Origin: a virus
Lineage: Duplodnaviria; Caudoviricetes
Length of the DNA stretch: 25,338 nucleotides
Virus record (IMG/VR): IMGVR_UViG_3300009661_000072
Span: 1 to 25,338 of that record
Direction: 5' to 3' (one strand)
Both the position numbers and the translations under genes were made by a program. The notes under the pieces were generated by a model, which had not been told where the DNA came from, ran no database searches, and worked only from the letters and a program-made list of their open reading frames with translations. This document shows positions 24,181 through 25,338 of the stretch, piece after piece (positions within the stretch are counted from its first letter, which is position 1; every line of letters starts with the position of its first letter).

Positions 24181-24219
24181 AGCCTCGACATTTTCATTTT
24201 GTATGTTGGGGCTTTTTTG
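24181..24219 (+). terminator. Terminator closing the tRNA/ncRNA cluster
   Basis: AGCCTCGACAT...ATGTTGGGGCT stem followed by a T tract. Confidence 0.65.
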
Positions 24220-24335
24220 ATTCTGCTATCAGTTATGAAATCATCACGGTTTAATTGCACTATGAAAATTTCGCAGTTAGAAAGTGAACGCATTTTAAGG
24301 CAGCCAGAAGGCAGTCTTTTTAATATTCATTGGTG

Positions 24336-24400
24336 AAAAAAAACCTCACACCCGAGTGATCAGGAAGTGAGGTAGCTAACTTAGCCAACATCAGTACTAC
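24336..24400 (-). ncRNA. Candidate ~65-nt sRNA convergent to the late transcript
   Basis: Minus-strand promoter TTTACA (24436-24431), 18 bp, TACTCT (24412-24407); terminator ACCTCAC...GTGAGGT plus T tract ending at 24336; no ORF. Confidence 0.5.
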
Positions 24401-24453
24401 AACATAAGAGTAGTTAATTAATTTCTGTTTTGTAAAAAAAATTAAATCATTTT

Positions 24454-24479
24454 AAGGCTCACTTCGGTGGGCCTTTTTT
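24454..24479 (+). terminator. Terminator upstream of the lysis cassette
   Basis: AAGGCTCAC-TTCG-GTGGGCCTT followed by TTTT. Confidence 0.75.
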
Positions 24480-24526
24480 ATTTCCCAATAACTACGCACC
24501 TAACCGGAACATCGGAGGGCGGGACT

Positions 24527-24799
24527 ATGAGAATGATTCCAGAAAAAATTGCATCGGGTTTGTCCTACTGCACATCTGCTGGGCTTATCTGCGCAGGTAG
24601 CTTTAGCGACTGGCTCCGGCATCTTGATTGGAACCAGATCGCTATCGTTGGCGGCTTCGTGATTGGTATCGCGACATACATCACTGGCGCTTACTTTGAC
24701 TGGCGCAGAACGCGGGCTTACGAACGGGGATTAGAGGCGGGGATTGTCAGTCGCCCGCCAGAGAAGCGAGGCTTCTTTAAGGCGAAGGGTGACGAGTAA
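24527..24799 (+). CDS. Class II holin (phage 21 S-like pinholin)
   Basis: EKIASGLSYCTSAG...W..IAIVGGFVIGIATYITGAYF resembles S21; two hydrophobic segments, basic tail, Met-Arg-Met start (24527/24533) behind GGAGG. Confidence 0.85.
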   Translation: MRMIPEKIASGLSYCTSAGLICAGSFSDWLRHLDWNQIAIVGGFVIGIATYITGAYFDWRRTRAYERGLEAGIVSRPPEKRGFFKAKGDE

Positions 24800-25338
24800 T
24801 GGCTATTTCACCGGGAATGAAAAGCAAGCTCAGTAAGGCTGTTATCGCTCTCATCATCTCTGGTGCTAGCGCCTCCGCGATCCTCGGCCAGTTTCTTGAC
24901 GAAAAAGAAGGTAATCGGCTGGTGGCCTATGCAGACGGCAAAGGCATCTGGACAATCTGCCGCGGCGCCACGCGTGTTGACGGCAAGCCAGTTACAAAAG
25001 GCATGCACCTTACCGCGCAGAAATGCGGCCAGGTGAACCAGGTTGAGCAGGAAGCAGCAATTGCGTGGGTTAAGAAGAATGTCCGCGTGCCGCTGACACC
25101 TCCGCAAATAGCCGGAATTGCTTCCTTCTGCCCGTACAACATCGGCCCCGGCAACTGCTTCCCGTCCACGTTCTATAGCAAGTTGAACGCTGGTGACTGG
25201 CATGGGGCGTGCACTGCGATCAAGAGTTGGGTTCACGACGGTGGCAAAGACTGCAACGTCCGGTCCAATAATTGCTTTGGTCAGGTGGTACGCCGCGACC
25301 AAGAGAGCGAGCTGACATGCTGGGGGCTTGATGCTTAA
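24799..25338 (+). CDS. SAR endolysin (GH24 lysozyme)
   Basis: Basic N-terminus, Ala/Ser/Gly-rich SAR segment AVIALIISGASASAILG, then the E-x8-D-x5-T triad (EGNRLVAYADGKGIWT). Confidence 0.92.
   Translation: MAISPGMKSKLSKAVIALIISGASASAILGQFLDEKEGNRLVAYADGKGIWTICRGATRVDGKPVTKGMHLTAQKCGQVNQVEQEAAIAWVKKNVRVPLTPPQIAGIASFCPYNIGPGNCFPSTFYSKLNAGDWHGACTAIKSWVHDGGKDCNVRSNNCFGQVVRRDQESELTCWGLDA

Noticed and set aside
24087-24293. 68-aa minus-strand ORF
   Set aside because: Overlaps plus-strand RNA stems and a terminator; no clear RBS or domain.

Overview
Enterobacterales chromosomal window holding two mobile elements back to back around one tRNA-Arg(CCT) gene (argW-type, 10898-10972, minus strand). 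Left (1-~10897, continuing past base 1) is a phage satellite. It carries a P4-family integrase, AlpA, a YlcI-like RHH regulator, Icd-like and epsilon-like (derepression) genes, a Zn-finger/TOPRIM/DUF927 primase-helicase, an iteron origin, a Sid-like capsid-size protein, a P2/186-type cos site and an AT-rich SF1 helicase cargo gene. Unusually, a second intact integrase of the P2-helper type lies inside its early operon, and P2-Int-type arm repeats lie beside the P4-type int. Right (~10948-25338, continuing past the end) is the left half of a lambdoid prophage: int/xis, a left early arm of small genes, cI/cro with 17-bp operators, a RepL-like/SF2 helicase/primase replication module, Q, a late-transcript tRNA and ncRNA cluster, a pinholin and a SAR endolysin. 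The best candidate for an undescribed system is a satellite that couples helper derepression to a helper-type integrase and carries a helper-type att arm. Family assignments come from motifs and remembered sequences; no database search was run.
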